Shown here piece after piece: positions 1-10,954 of a stretch of 64,000 bases of DNA. The notes under the pieces were generated by a model. It had not been told where the DNA came from. It worked only from the letters and a program-made list of their open reading frames with translations, and made no database searches. How positions within the stretch are numbered: position 1 is the first letter of the stretch; every line of letters begins with the position of its first letter. Where the stretch lies: the NCBI GenBank assembly GCA_963752255.1, contig CAVVXT010000010.1, forward strand, positions 1 to 64,000, in the 5' to 3' direction. The stretch is from Nitrososphaeria archaeon (lineage in GTDB: Archaea; Thermoproteota; Nitrososphaeria; JACIWG01). A program made the translations under genes and the position numbers.

Positions 1-190
1 TATTCGGATTCGTGCCGATTTGGAATGCTTGTAATTTAAAAGACAAATTTATTCGTAGACTTTACAATCAATGCATCTTTCAGGGAATACATGTAGTTTG
101 AAAGACACATTTAACTAATATAAAATAGTATATAAGCCCCAATCGAAGACTATATTTACGACATATCATTTAAGCATCTAATGACTTCTA

Positions 191-1849
191 ATGGCATCTG
201 ACAACTTTACAAGCATGAAAAAATTCGCTGGCCTATGTCGAAAGAGTTAAGGGAACTACGAGTAAAAATATGAAGATTGAAATTCTGTCGGAATATTTGA
301 GGAACTCGGATGAAGTATTCCCTATGATAGCATGTGGTTTCCTTCAGGAGAAATTTTTCCACCTTGGCAAAATATCGAACTCCAAATAGGATACTCCACT
401 CTTGTTGGGATAATAACGGAACTAAGTGGTAAAGACGCAAAACGTTAGGAAAGATCTTCATAAAATATGGTGATCTTGGTGAGACAGCTGAAGAAATTCT
501 GTCAAAAAAAACTATTACCCCCCTTTTTAATGAAGAGTATACATTGATCAATGTACACGACCAGCTAAAAAGATAGTCAGATGACGGGGAAAGGATCTTC
601 ATCAGATAAAAAGAAAATTCTTACTCGACTGTTTTTGAACATGTCTCCAGTTGAGGCAAAATACTTCATAAAAATTCTTATAGGTGAAACAAGAATTGGG
701 CTTGTTGGAGGCTTAGTCGTCGAAGGAATCACAATCGCTTTTAGAAGAAAATCGGAAGACGTAAACGAGGCTTATCTGCTGACGTGTGATATAGGCGAGA
801 CGGCTGTTCGAGGCAAAATATGATCGTCTAAAAGATGCCAGACTTGAGCCATTACATCAAACAAACTTTATGCTTGCTGAAGCCATGCAGACACCTGAAG
901 AAGTCGTAGAATATTTTGGAAAGCCAATCGTCTGTGAATACAAACTTGATGGCATCAGAGCACAATGCCATAAACAAATGGAAGCGGTAAAAATATTCAC
1001 GCGCAGAGGCAATGAATCTGGAGATTCTTTCCCAGAAATAGTTGAAGCACTTAGCGAGATAGACCACGATTTTATTATTGATGGCGAAATAGTGGCTTTT
1101 AAGGAAGGAAAGATACTGCCTTTTTCATTCTTACAGCATCGTTTACAGAGAAAGATACTGAGCAGAAAGTTAGTTGATGAAGTGCCTCTTACTATCTTTG
1201 TCTACGATATCTTATATTTAGATGGAGAGCCCCTTTATAATATGACCCTTGTAGAAAGGAAAGAAGGCCTAAACCGACTCATTTTTCTGAGAAAGTTAAG
1301 ATGCTCGATTATATTTTTGTTTCAAAAAAAGAGGAAATTGAAGTGAAATTTGACGAAAGTGTAGAAAAAGGGTATGAAGGTTTAATGTTGAAGGACCCTA
1401 ATTCGATTTATACAGTCGGAAAAAGGGGAAAGAATTGGGTTAAGCTTAAAAGAGAGCTTGACACCTTAGATGTAGTAGTTGTAGCGTCTGAGAGAGGACA
1501 TGGGAAGAGGGCAAATGTCTTCTCCGACTACGTTTTTTCAGTCTGGGACAACGGTGAACTCAAGACTATAGGAAAAGCTTATTCAGGTTTGACGGATAAA
1601 GAGATCTTGGATATGAATGGAAAGTTAAAGGAAATTACGGTCAGAGATGAAGGATGGAGGATAGTAGTTAAACCCGAAATCGTAATAGAAGTCGCCTTCA
1701 ATGGAATTCAAAAAAGCAGCAGACACGAAAGTGGCTTTGCACTACGTTTTCCAAGAATAAAAAGAATAAGAGATGATAAAAGCTCGGAACAGGCGGATAC
1801 AATTGATAAGGTTAAGGGGATATTCAAAAGACAGTTTATTAAAAGATAG
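191..1849 (+). CDS. lig: ATP-dependent DNA ligase, split by several frameshifts (likely sequencing errors)
   Basis: Fragments 581-823, 870-1346 and 1301-1849 carry motif I EYKLDGIRAQ, DGEIV, EGLMLK, WVKLK and ALRFPR. N-terminal pieces are readable from ATG 191 in shifting frames. Confidence 0.93.
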
Positions 1850-1888
1850 TGGTAAGATATATTAGATATTTCTTTATACGACTAAGCT

Positions 1889-2518
1889 ATGGTGATTGTT
1901 TCAGCTCTTGTTGCAGCAAGTCTCCTTGCGGGCGCCGTCCAGGACATAAAAGAAAACCAGATCAACGACCTCACTTGGATTCCTGCAATCATCGGCGCAA
2001 TCATTATGGTTTACCAATATATCATTCAGAGTAGCTATATCTTTTTGGCATGAAGTTTGTTATAGTCACTGTGATATTATTTTTAAGCTACTTTTTGGGG
2101 GGGAGGAATGGCTGATATGATTGGACTGGTAGCAGTGGTTATTGACGATGACCCTTTTGCGCCGATCGGGACACTTGTTGTCTTCGTCGCGATAACAGGC
2201 CTTTACGCAATCTATAGTATTTTAATAAAGAAACAAAGAAGGACGATGATACCTTTGACAGATTTTTTGAAAAAAAAGAACGTCTATCCAGTAAAAGTCT
2301 ATGTGGAAGGAAAGGAAGAGAAGCTGCCAAAAACAGCGGACAAAGCATACGAAATGCTTGAAACAATACTTAAGGAGAATAAAGAAGCCGTTGTCGAAGC
2401 GGAAACTGGAATACCTGCAGTTGTTCCCATATGCATAGGGTACGTAGTGAATATGATGATTTTCTTTTATCTTGGAAGGCCTTGGTTCAGCATTTTGTTT
2501 AAACCTTTAACAGGCTAA
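1889..2518 (+). CDS. A24-family (prepilin/preflagellin peptidase-like) membrane aspartic protease, frameshifted
   Basis: Hand translation from ATG 1889 gives MVIVSALVAASLLAGAVQDIKENQINDLTW (first Asp motif). A GGMAD-like motif leads into ORF 2108-2518, with hydrophobic segments and a C-terminal GIPAVVPI. Confidence 0.6.
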
Positions 2519-2649
2519 TCGATATTTGAAAACACTAGTATTAATCGAATCTATTTCTATTTTCTTTTGTCTAAGAAATAAGATTAAACGTCTAAGAAAG
2601 AAGAAAAGTAATATAAGACACCTGTTTTGCAGACCTTGGTGAGATAAAG

Positions 2650-3184
2650 TTGATAGAAATCAGATGGCATGGAAGAGGTGGTCAAGGTCAGTAACCGCCT
2701 CCGAGATACTCGCAAACGCAGCACTAAGATGTGATAAATACGCGCAGTCTTTTCCAGCTTTTGGACCGGAAAGGAGAGGAGCACCTGTTATGGCTTTTAC
2801 TAGAATAGATGATAATCCTATTGAGATAAGATGGCAAGTAACGGAACCAAATATCGTTGTCGTATTAGATACTTCACTGCTGTCTGTAGTGAATGTTACT
2901 TCAGGACTTAAGAATGATGGGACAATCGTTCTAAATAGTTCAAAGGATAGCTCTGAGCTCAAAAAGCTTTTTCAGCCTACAAGATTGCTAAGGCAGACGC
3001 TACAACTATAGCATTGAAGAATTTGGGTGCACCAATCACGAACACGTCCATGTTGGGTGCTTTGTTGAAAGCGAGCCCGATTGTCCCACTAGAAGTAGTT
3101 TCCAAGGTTGTTGAAGAAAGATTTGATCCGAGGAATGTAGTATCTTTAAAGGAAACATATGATAGCACAGAGGTGCTAAATTAG
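2650..3184 (+). CDS. porC: pyruvate/2-oxoacid:ferredoxin oxidoreductase gamma subunit, frameshifted
   Basis: TTG 2650 reads MIEIRWHGRGGQG, then a shift to VTASEILA...FGPERRGAPV; a second shift near 2980 gives NTSMLGAL; stop at 3184. Confidence 0.9.
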
Positions 3185-3460
3185 ATGTCGAAGAAAGCTT
3201 CTGAACTAGAAGAAGGATTTGTAATGAAGACACCAAAGAGCAGCATGAACACAAAAACAGGTACTTGGAGAGCTTTTAAGGCCGTCATCGACTACAACAA
3301 GTGCATATCTTGCGGTATCTGCTGGAGCTACTGTCCAGAACCAGCAATCCCGCTCAAGGAAGGAAAATATACTGTAGATTATGATTATTGTAAAGGATGC
3401 GGTATCTGTGCTCAGGAATGTCCTGTCAAAGCTATTACCATGGTAAGGGAGAGTGATTAA
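3185..3460 (+). CDS. porD: 2-oxoacid:ferredoxin oxidoreductase delta subunit (2x 4Fe-4S)
   Basis: KTGTWR, CISCGICWSYCPE and CKGCGICAQECP motifs. Confidence 0.95.
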   Translation: MSKKASELEEGFVMKTPKSSMNTKTGTWRAFKAVIDYNKCISCGICWSYCPEPAIPLKEGKYTVDYDYCKGCGICAQECPVKAITMVRESD

Positions 3461-4634
3461 GATGAAGAGATTACTTCTCTCAGGAAATACCGCGCTGTCT
3501 TATGCTGTCAAACAACTTGATGTAGACGTCGTATCCGCATATCCCATAACACCTCAGACAACGATGGTGGAAAAAATATCTGAATATGTAGCCAACGGGG
3601 AACTAAATGCAGAATTTATTCCCGTAGAATCGGAGCATTCCGCACTCACTGCAGCACTCGCAGCTTCAGCTTCGGGAGCGAGGGTATTCACCTCGACAAG
3701 TTCCCAAGGTTTGCTCCTAATGCATGAAATAATGTTCATAACTTCGGGTCTTAGGCTTCCTGTTGTAATGGGAATTGCCGATAGGACCATTTCTGCTCCA
3801 TTGAATATATGGAATGATCAAAGTGACATAATGGCGCAGAGGGACACGGGCTGGATAAGCATATTCGCTGAATCAGCCCAAGAATCTTATGACAAAACCA
3901 TACAGTCATACAGGATAGCTGAGGATGAGGATGTTCGCCTTCCTGTCAACCTTAACTTTGACGGATTCATACTTACACATACATATGAACCACTGACAAC
4001 AATAGATGATGAGGAAGTGCTAAAGTATGCACCTAAAAGGATAAAATCTGTTCTCGACCCCAAAACACCTGCGACAGTTGGGGGACTAGCATCACCTGAA
4101 TTTTACTTTGAAGCCAAATATGGGACTGTAAAAGCCTTAGAGAACTCTTTCCCTACCATAGTTACGGCTGATAAAGAATACGAAAAAGTGAGTGGTAGAG
4201 GATATGGAATATTCAACAACTATATGACAGAAGATGCGGACACAATATTGATTTCGATGGGGTCTATAGGGGGTTCCACTAGAGAAATTGTTAGAAGAAT
4301 GAGAAAGGAAGGTGCGAAAGTAGGATCGTTAAGTCTTAAACTCTTTAGACCTTTTCCCGCTAAAGAGATAATGCAAGAATTAGTTAATACAAAATCGATA
4401 ATCGTTTTAGAGAAGGCAACAAGCCCAGGAGCAATCGCAGGACCCCTATTCCTCGAAATTCAAGCATCGCTGAAATCATATGATACAAATACTCCTGCGA
4501 TGGACATAGTAGCAGGACTGGGCGGAAGGGAAATAGGCCCAGACGATATTCGTACAATGTTCGACAAAGGCCTCAAAATTGCTTCAACAAAGAAGGCTGA
4601 TAAGATCATGGAATATGTGGGGGTGTGCATCTAA
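3453..4634 (+). CDS. porA: 2-oxoacid:ferredoxin oxidoreductase alpha subunit
   Basis: AYPITPQT, VESEHSA, TSSQGL and FRPFP motifs. Confidence 0.95.
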   Translation: MIKMKRLLLSGNTALSYAVKQLDVDVVSAYPITPQTTMVEKISEYVANGELNAEFIPVESEHSALTAALAASASGARVFTSTSSQGLLLMHEIMFITSGLRLPVVMGIADRTISAPLNIWNDQSDIMAQRDTGWISIFAESAQESYDKTIQSYRIAEDEDVRLPVNLNFDGFILTHTYEPLTTIDDEEVLKYAPKRIKSVLDPKTPATVGGLASPEFYFEAKYGTVKALENSFPTIVTADKEYEKVSGRGYGIFNNYMTEDADTILISMGSIGGSTREIVRRMRKEGAKVGSLSLKLFRPFPAKEIMQELVNTKSIIVLEKATSPGAIAGPLFLEIQASLKSYDTNTPAMDIVAGLGGREIGPDDIRTMFDKGLKIASTKKADKIMEYVGVCI

Positions 4635-5555
4635 ATGCCATACAAGACTATTAAAGACCTACCGCTTGAAGAGCACTTCGGACCTGGACACAGACTCTGT
4701 CAAGGATGTGGTGCAGGAATAATAGCGCGACTTGTAACAAAGGTATCCGGAGACAATACAATAATAGTTAACGCAACAGGATGCCTTGAAGTATCCAGCT
4801 CATATTATCCAGACACTGCCTGGGGTGTACCTTGGCTTCACGTTGCTTTTGAAAATGCTGCTGCCGCAGCCTCAGGTATTAGAGCAGCATATAACGCGTT
4901 AATTAGAAAGGGACTGAAAGATAGTAGCCCAAATATCATAGCCTTCGGCGGAGACGGTGGGACAGCGGACATAGGTTTACAAGCGCTTAGCGGAGCGTTG
5001 GAAAGAGGAGACCATCTTACTTACATATGCTACGATAATGAAGCCTACATGAATACTGGGATACAAAGGAGCAGCGCTACACCATACGGTGCTTGGACAA
5101 CGACTTCACCACCTGGAAAGTTAAGCCCAGGTCAGAAGACCGGCAAGAAAGACCTTATTGCCATCGCTGTAGCACATAACATAAAGTATGCCGCAACCGC
5201 GAACGTAGCCTATCTAATTGATGCCGCGAATAAAGTAGAAAAGGCGCTTAACGCGCCTGGAGCAAGCTTCATACACTTCCTGAGCCCTTGCACGCCAGGG
5301 TGGAGAATAGATACTGCAAGCTCAGTGAAAGTCAGTAGGCTCGCAGTTCAGACATCTCTTTGGCCACTATACGAAGTTGTTGATGGGCAATATATTCCGA
5401 CTGTAAAGGTTGCGAAAAGATTGCCAGTTACAGAATATCTGAAAGCGCAGGGGAGGTTCAGACACTTAATAAACAAACCTGATGAAGTAGCAAAGATTCA
5501 AGCAATAGCGGATAAGTTGGCAGAAAGATTTGGTTACGGACCCTTAGCACCCTAA
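4635..5555 (+). CDS. porB: 2-oxoacid:ferredoxin oxidoreductase beta subunit
   Basis: GHRLCQGCG, TPP-binding GGDGG...YDNEAYMNTGIQRS. Confidence 0.95.
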   Translation: MPYKTIKDLPLEEHFGPGHRLCQGCGAGIIARLVTKVSGDNTIIVNATGCLEVSSSYYPDTAWGVPWLHVAFENAAAAASGIRAAYNALIRKGLKDSSPNIIAFGGDGGTADIGLQALSGALERGDHLTYICYDNEAYMNTGIQRSSATPYGAWTTTSPPGKLSPGQKTGKKDLIAIAVAHNIKYAATANVAYLIDAANKVEKALNAPGASFIHFLSPCTPGWRIDTASSVKVSRLAVQTSLWPLYEVVDGQYIPTVKVAKRLPVTEYLKAQGRFRHLINKPDEVAKIQAIADKLAERFGYGPLAP

Positions 5556-5565
5556 AGGGATCCAC

Positions 5566-5577
5566 CTTTCTTTTTTT
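5566..5577 (+). terminator. oligo-T archaeal terminator candidate after the por operon
   Basis: ctttcttttttt just downstream of the porB stop. Confidence 0.45.
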
Positions 5578-5659
5578 GTATAAGATCTATTTTGTTAAAT
5601 AAGAGTTCTATTTTACATAAACTTTTATAACAGTGTTATATTATTTAATTGGATGATGC

Positions 5660-5848
5660 ATGGTAGATAACCCAGTTGTCGTAAATAAGGTTGACACCAC
5701 AGAGCTAAACTTTTCGGAATCTGTTCGCATACTTAAGGAGTCTCAAAATGCAGGGTATAAAAGTGAATACTTAGAAGGACGTGTATTTGTATATGCAATA
5801 ACTTTAAATGATTTGATGTTAAACTCCAAATCGGCTTTGGTGATTTAG
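5660..5848 (+). CDS. small hypothetical protein leading the iscS-iscU unit
   Basis: 62-aa ORF after TATA-like ttttataa (~5623), ending 10 bp before iscS. Confidence 0.5.
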   Translation: MVDNPVVVNKVDTTELNFSESVRILKESQNAGYKSEYLEGRVFVYAITLNDLMLNSKSALVI

Positions 5849-5858
5849 GCGATCGCAT

Positions 5859-7073
5859 ATGGAAAAGATATTTCTAGATTATGCATCGGGATGTCCAGTA
5901 GATAAGAGGATCATTCCGTCCACTGTGAAATATTATGCAGAGGATTATGGAAATCCTTCTTCATTACATTCGTTTGGATTAGAAGCAAAAAATGCTGTTG
6001 AAGAGGCAAGACAGAGTGTCGCGAATCTAATTAATGCCCAAAAGAAAGAGGAAATCATTTTTACAAGCGGTGCTACAGAGTCAAACAATCTAGCCTTATT
6101 AGGATACTCTCTAAGAAACAGGGGGAGCAGAAATAAAATCATAGTTTCTAAAATTGAACATATGAGCATAATAAATGTCGTCAAATACCTTTCAAAGTTG
6201 GATATGGAAGTAGTTTATGCACCTGTGGACAAAGATGGTAGGTTGATCATTGAAAAACTCGATGAACTCATTGACAATAACACACTTCTCGTATCAGTGG
6301 CTTACGCCAACGGTGAAATAGGAACAATTCAAGACATTGTTGGGATTGCAAGAATCGCCCACAGCAAAGGAGCCATACTTCATTCAGATGGCGTTCCCGC
6401 AGTTGGTAGAATGGATGTAGATGTAATAAGAGATGATGTTGACATGCTTACCATTTCCTCGAATGATATATATGGACCAAGAGGAATGGGGGCATTATAT
6501 GTAAAATCTGGAACTAAACTTCAACCAATTATCCTAGGAGGTGGACAGGAGAGAGGGTTTAGATCTGGTACAGAGAACGTACCATCAATAGTTGGGTTTG
6601 GAAAAGCCGCTGACTTTGCCCTAAAAGAATGGAAAATGGAAAGCTCGCGTGAAAAGGTTATCCGAGACAGTTTGATAAATGGAATTCTTTCGAACATCGA
6701 ACAATCCTATCTTAATGGACATAGAACTCTAAGACTTCCTAACAACGCATGCTTAAGATTCATAGGTATAGAAGGTGAATCGCTCATTCTTAACCTTGAC
6801 GAATATGGTATAATGGCTTCAACAGGGTCAGCATGCTCTTCGAAAACACTTGAGCCTTCTCACGTCCTCATGGCAGTTGTCCCTAATGAAGTTGAAGCAC
6901 ATGGTTCACTCATGATGACTATAGGAAGAGAGAACAGTGAAAAAGATGTGGAAAAAGTAATCACAGCTTTAACTGAAATCGTCTCCAAACTGAGACAGAT
7001 GTCGCCATTGTGGGGAAAGCCTTTAGAACTAGATAAGTGGAGGGCTAAAATGGAGCGCTCGGAGGGGGAATAA
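5859..7073 (+). CDS. iscS: cysteine desulfurase (IscS/NifS type)
   Basis: YGNPSSLH, FTSGATESNN, GGGQERGFRSGTEN and the catalytic STGSACSS loop. The PLP-lysine position reads SSNDIYGP. Confidence 0.93.
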   Translation: MEKIFLDYASGCPVDKRIIPSTVKYYAEDYGNPSSLHSFGLEAKNAVEEARQSVANLINAQKKEEIIFTSGATESNNLALLGYSLRNRGSRNKIIVSKIEHMSIINVVKYLSKLDMEVVYAPVDKDGRLIIEKLDELIDNNTLLVSVAYANGEIGTIQDIVGIARIAHSKGAILHSDGVPAVGRMDVDVIRDDVDMLTISSNDIYGPRGMGALYVKSGTKLQPIILGGGQERGFRSGTENVPSIVGFGKAADFALKEWKMESSREKVIRDSLINGILSNIEQSYLNGHRTLRLPNNACLRFIGIEGESLILNLDEYGIMASTGSACSSKTLEPSHVLMAVVPNEVEAHGSLMMTIGRENSEKDVEKVITALTEIVSKLRQMSPLWGKPLELDKWRAKMERSEGE

Positions 7074-7074
7074 A

Positions 7075-7464
7075 ATGGGATATTCTGAAAAAGTCCTAGA
7101 ACATTTTAGACATCCTAAAAATGTAGGCGAAATACCGGACGCAGATGGAGTAGGAACCGTTGGCAATCCGGTTTGCGGAGACTTGATGACCATCTATATT
7201 AAGGTGAAAGACGACAAAATTGATGAAATAAAGTTCAAGACTTTTGGCTGCGGTGCAGCAATCGCGACTAGCAGCATGTTAACAGAACTTGCAAAAGGTA
7301 AAACTTTAGAGGAAGCTATGAAAATTTCAAGGGACGACGTCGCCATTGCTTTGGATGGTCTTCCTCCTATCAAGATGCACTGCTCAAATTTAGCGTCCGA
7401 TGGCTTAAAATCTGCAATCAAAGACTATTACTCTAAGAAAGGGGATAAGACCCCAGAGAAATAA
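7075..7464 (+). CDS. iscU: Fe-S cluster scaffold IscU/NifU-like
   Basis: GNPVCGD, FKTFGCGAAIA and LPPIKMHCS. Confidence 0.95.
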   Translation: MGYSEKVLEHFRHPKNVGEIPDADGVGTVGNPVCGDLMTIYIKVKDDKIDEIKFKTFGCGAAIATSSMLTELAKGKTLEEAMKISRDDVAIALDGLPPIKMHCSNLASDGLKSAIKDYYSKKGDKTPEK

Positions 7465-7545
7465 TAAATAAACACTACTCCTTCAGGGAAAAAATCAGTA
7501 AATATTTTTAAAAATTTATCTAAGAACAGAAACATAGCGGAGGTA

Positions 7546-8874
7546 ATGAAAGTCAACGTACTTATTCTACCCAACCAAGAAATACAAGAAAAGATACTAT
7601 CAGGTGAATCTATGATATCAGTTCATGGCTTCGGACACGTTGGCTCGGCTATTACATCTGCATTTCTAAGAAAGGGATGCAGGATGGTAGTTCACGACGT
7701 TAAAAATGATGTTGTTGAAAGGCTAAATTCGGGAAATTGGAAAACACCCGATGATATAAAAATTACCGAAACCATCCAAAAAGGGTTTGTTGACAAAAAA
7801 ATCTTAGCTACAGAAGACTATGAAGATGCTGTTTCCAATTCGACCTTTCATATCATTACCGTTCCAGTTTCCGTTAACAGAAAAGGTAGAAAGGTTCAAG
7901 TCGATTTAAGTCAGATAATCGATGCATGCAAGAAAATAGGTAAGTTTATGGCAAAGGGAGATGCTATCTCAATAGAAACGACGCTTCCTCCGGGCACGAC
8001 TGAAGGGGTACTTAAGGAAGTGATTGATAAGGAAAGTGGTTTAAAAGCAGGATCCGAATTTGCATTAATATATAGTCCCGAGAGAATTTTTGTGGGTAGA
8101 GCTTTAGACGATATAGAGTCAAATTACCCAAAGATCGTATCCGGCTTCGATCAAAGGAGCCTTGATATCGGCATAGCCTTGTACTCTATCGTGTCTGGTA
8201 AAGGAGTTATCGGACTATCATCAATTAAAGCCGCAGAAACAGAGAAAGTTTTCGAGGGCATCTACAGGGACGTAAATATCGCGTTAGCGAATGAACTTTC
8301 AGACTACTGTAGGCAGGAGGGATTAAACTATAGTGAAATATTGGATGCCTCAAACAGCCAACCATATAGCCACTTGCATAAACCGGGAGTAGGTGTAGGA
8401 GGTGCGTGTATACCTGTTTACCCTTACTTTATTCTTACAAAAGTCAAAAAGCAACTCAACTTGACCCACACTGCTAGGAAGGCTAATGAGAGAAGGCCCT
8501 TACAAATCGCTGAAAACGCGCTTAATAAATTTCTAGCAAAATACGGTTCCATCAAAGAATTAAATGCAACAATTCTAGGCCTCTCTTTTAGAGGAGACGT
8601 TTCTGATAATAGATTTTCTCCAACAATAAGCTTAACAAAATACCTCCTTAGCAGAGGATGCAATGTTACAGTACACGATCCGTTCACTTATACAAATACG
8701 GGTCTACCTAAAAAGGTTCGATTTACTAATGATCTAAATGAATCAATAAGAAATTCGAACATCATCATATTGGCGACAGATCACAGTGTATATAAGAATC
8801 TTACAGTGGAGCTGATTATGAGGATCTCATCTGACAAAGTTGTAGTAGAAGATCCGAAGCAGATTCTGGGCTAA
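7546..8874 (+). CDS. nucleotide-sugar dehydrogenase (UDP-ManNAc/UDP-glucose dehydrogenase family)
   Basis: GFGHVG Rossmann motif, ETTLPPGTT, SPER, YRDVNIALANE, PGVGVGGACIP. Confidence 0.9.
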   Translation: MKVNVLILPNQEIQEKILSGESMISVHGFGHVGSAITSAFLRKGCRMVVHDVKNDVVERLNSGNWKTPDDIKITETIQKGFVDKKILATEDYEDAVSNSTFHIITVPVSVNRKGRKVQVDLSQIIDACKKIGKFMAKGDAISIETTLPPGTTEGVLKEVIDKESGLKAGSEFALIYSPERIFVGRALDDIESNYPKIVSGFDQRSLDIGIALYSIVSGKGVIGLSSIKAAETEKVFEGIYRDVNIALANELSDYCRQEGLNYSEILDASNSQPYSHLHKPGVGVGGACIPVYPYFILTKVKKQLNLTHTARKANERRPLQIAENALNKFLAKYGSIKELNATILGLSFRGDVSDNRFSPTISLTKYLLSRGCNVTVHDPFTYTNTGLPKKVRFTNDLNESIRNSNIIILATDHSVYKNLTVELIMRISSDKVVVEDPKQILG

Positions 8875-8931
8875 TCTTTTTTTAAAAATGGTCTAAACCA
8901 AAGTTTAATAGCACATTTTATAAAACTCACG

Positions 8932-9756
8932 TTGATGAAAGAGAAGAAGAGTACTATCGTGGTTAAGGTCGGTACATCTGTCCTCTCCGATGGCAAAGGA
9001 GTGAGCGAAGAATCGATAAAGAACATTGCATATCAGATTTCTGAATTAATTCAAGATGATAGAGCTTTTGTGCTTGTATCATCTGGTGCAATTCTTTCAG
9101 GTATAACCATTCTGAGGTTAAATGTTAATCCACATGATTTAAGTCTAACTGACAAGCAGGTTTGCGCATCTATAGGGCAACCTTTCCTTATGAGCCTATA
9201 TGCCAAATATTTTAGGGAAAAGGGGGTCACAACCGCGCAGATGCTTTTTACAGAAGAGGACCTTGCGAACAAGATAGCCTACAAGAACGTTTGGCGCACT
9301 TTACACGCGCTGTTAGAACGTGATGTTGTCCCAATAATTAATGAAAATGATGCCGTTTCAGTCAGAGAACTTCTTCCCATCAACCCATATGTGCCAGACG
9401 AAGTCAGGTTCGGAGACAATGATAGACTTTCAGCCATCATAGCATCAAAACTCAAGAGCCAGTTACTTGTAATGTTAACAGACGTCGAAGGTTATTATGA
9501 AGTAACAGAGAATGGAACGAAAAAACTTCTAAGAGAAATAAATTTCTTGAACAGTGGAATCATGAAATTTGCACAGGGGAAGGGAAAATTTGGAAGAGGA
9601 GGAATGAAGTCAAAACTTCATGCCGCAAGGATAGTATCCAGAACAGGAATTGAGGTCATAATAGCTAACGGAAAAAAACAGAACATACTTCAGGAGATTT
9701 TGTCAGGAAAAAAAATAGGAACAAGAATTTTGCCAATATCGCGAAAGAAAAAGTAG
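8932..9756 (+). CDS. proB: glutamate 5-kinase (no PUA domain)
   Basis: VVKVGTS, VSSGA, PIINEND, FGDNDRLSA, GGMKSKL. Confidence 0.95.
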   Translation: MMKEKKSTIVVKVGTSVLSDGKGVSEESIKNIAYQISELIQDDRAFVLVSSGAILSGITILRLNVNPHDLSLTDKQVCASIGQPFLMSLYAKYFREKGVTTAQMLFTEEDLANKIAYKNVWRTLHALLERDVVPIINENDAVSVRELLPINPYVPDEVRFGDNDRLSAIIASKLKSQLLVMLTDVEGYYEVTENGTKKLLREINFLNSGIMKFAQGKGKFGRGGMKSKLHAARIVSRTGIEVIIANGKKQNILQEILSGKKIGTRILPISRKKK

Positions 9757-9805
9757 AATCCAATCTTTAAAGCTGTATAATATTATTAAACAAAAAAAGG
9801 GACTT

Positions 9806-10747
9806 TTACTTGCCTATCTTCTTAGGCAAGTATTTCTTAGGGAATGATGCCGCAACGCACCATCCGTTACCGTCTTCAATGTTACTTAAAAGACTGCAGA
9901 GTTCCCAGATATCCCATCTTTTCATACCGTAGTCTTTTTCCATCCAGAGAGCAAGGTTTACAAACGCAAGCCTTATCGCGTCGTCGGAACTTCTACCTGT
10001 TCCTGAGCAAGCGACGGACATTATATATTCGTCATTTTCAAGTCTTGGCCAATCTATGTCTTGACCTTTTATTAAGTCGGTTTTGAATGTAACTTCAGCT
10101 GGCATCTCTAACCCAGTTCCAGATATCTCACATTGACCTTGCAGTCCATGAACATCACCCAAGTGGAGAAGGGCACCTTCAACTTTAACTGGTAGGTAAA
10201 TTTTACAACCTTTAGTAATCGAAGGCAGATCCATATTCCCCCCATGTGGGCCAGGAAGGAAACTTAAAATGGATTCTAATTCAGGAGCCGTGCCTATTGT
10301 TCCCACCATCGGTTTATAAGGTAAAGTGAGACCATCGAAGTGCACTTTCCCATCCTTTATAGGTAAAATCTTAAGATTTAGGTCATCAGGTAATTTGGGT
10401 TCAAGAAAGCTTGACATTATCCTATTTGTTTTCGAATGACCTAAATAAAGCCACCATCTTGAGACCATAATGTATCCCTGACCTATTGTTGGAACAATAT
10501 CTCCAATGTCTACCACCAGCGTATCCCCTTTTTCAGCACCGTTAACATATAAAGGTCCAAATACGGGGTTTCCATAAGGCATCTTCTTATAATCTCTCTT
10601 GTCACCTATTTTTCTGAACTGTCCTCCCGCAGCATCCTCAGTCTCTACCACTACAGTCTCCCCTGGATTTACTTTCAGTCGCGGTTTGTTGTATGGACCT
10701 ATAGAAAAGCAAAATTCCCCCTGATCCTTAAGACTTAACTTTTTCAT
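9806..10747 (-). CDS. acetamidase/formamidase family protein
   Basis: GPLYVNGAEKGDTL, PMVGTIGTAP, PGPHGGNMD, LHLGDVHGLQG. Confidence 0.88.
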   Translation of the reverse strand: MKKLSLKDQGEFCFSIGPYNKPRLKVNPGETVVVETEDAAGGQFRKIGDKRDYKKMPYGNPVFGPLYVNGAEKGDTLVVDIGDIVPTIGQGYIMVSRWWLYLGHSKTNRIMSSFLEPKLPDDLNLKILPIKDGKVHFDGLTLPYKPMVGTIGTAPELESILSFLPGPHGGNMDLPSITKGCKIYLPVKVEGALLHLGDVHGLQGQCEISGTGLEMPAEVTFKTDLIKGQDIDWPRLENDEYIMSVACSGTGRSSDDAIRLAFVNLALWMEKDYGMKRWDIWELCSLLSNIEDGNGWCVAASFPKKYLPKKIGK

Positions 10748-10860
10748 AATACAAACTAAAATCCATATAATTAATAAACTTTTTAAACGTCTGAGAATCC
10801 GACAAATCTACTTCCAAGTGTAACTGATGAAAAAAACTAAGAAAAACATATGACCGAAGC

Positions 10861-10901
10861 AATAGATCATTTTAAAAATATAATTCCAAATTGGATCTAT
10901 T
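10861..10901. promoter_or_regulatory. inverted repeat in the divergent amidase/enolase-like intergenic region
   Basis: aatagatc (10861-10868) and gatctatt (10894-10901), with an inner tccaa-a-ttgga palindrome. Confidence 0.35.
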
Positions 10902-10954
10902 AACTCCCCTCCAGAATAGAATACTTAAATATAATGTTGTAGCCCTAATCCCAA

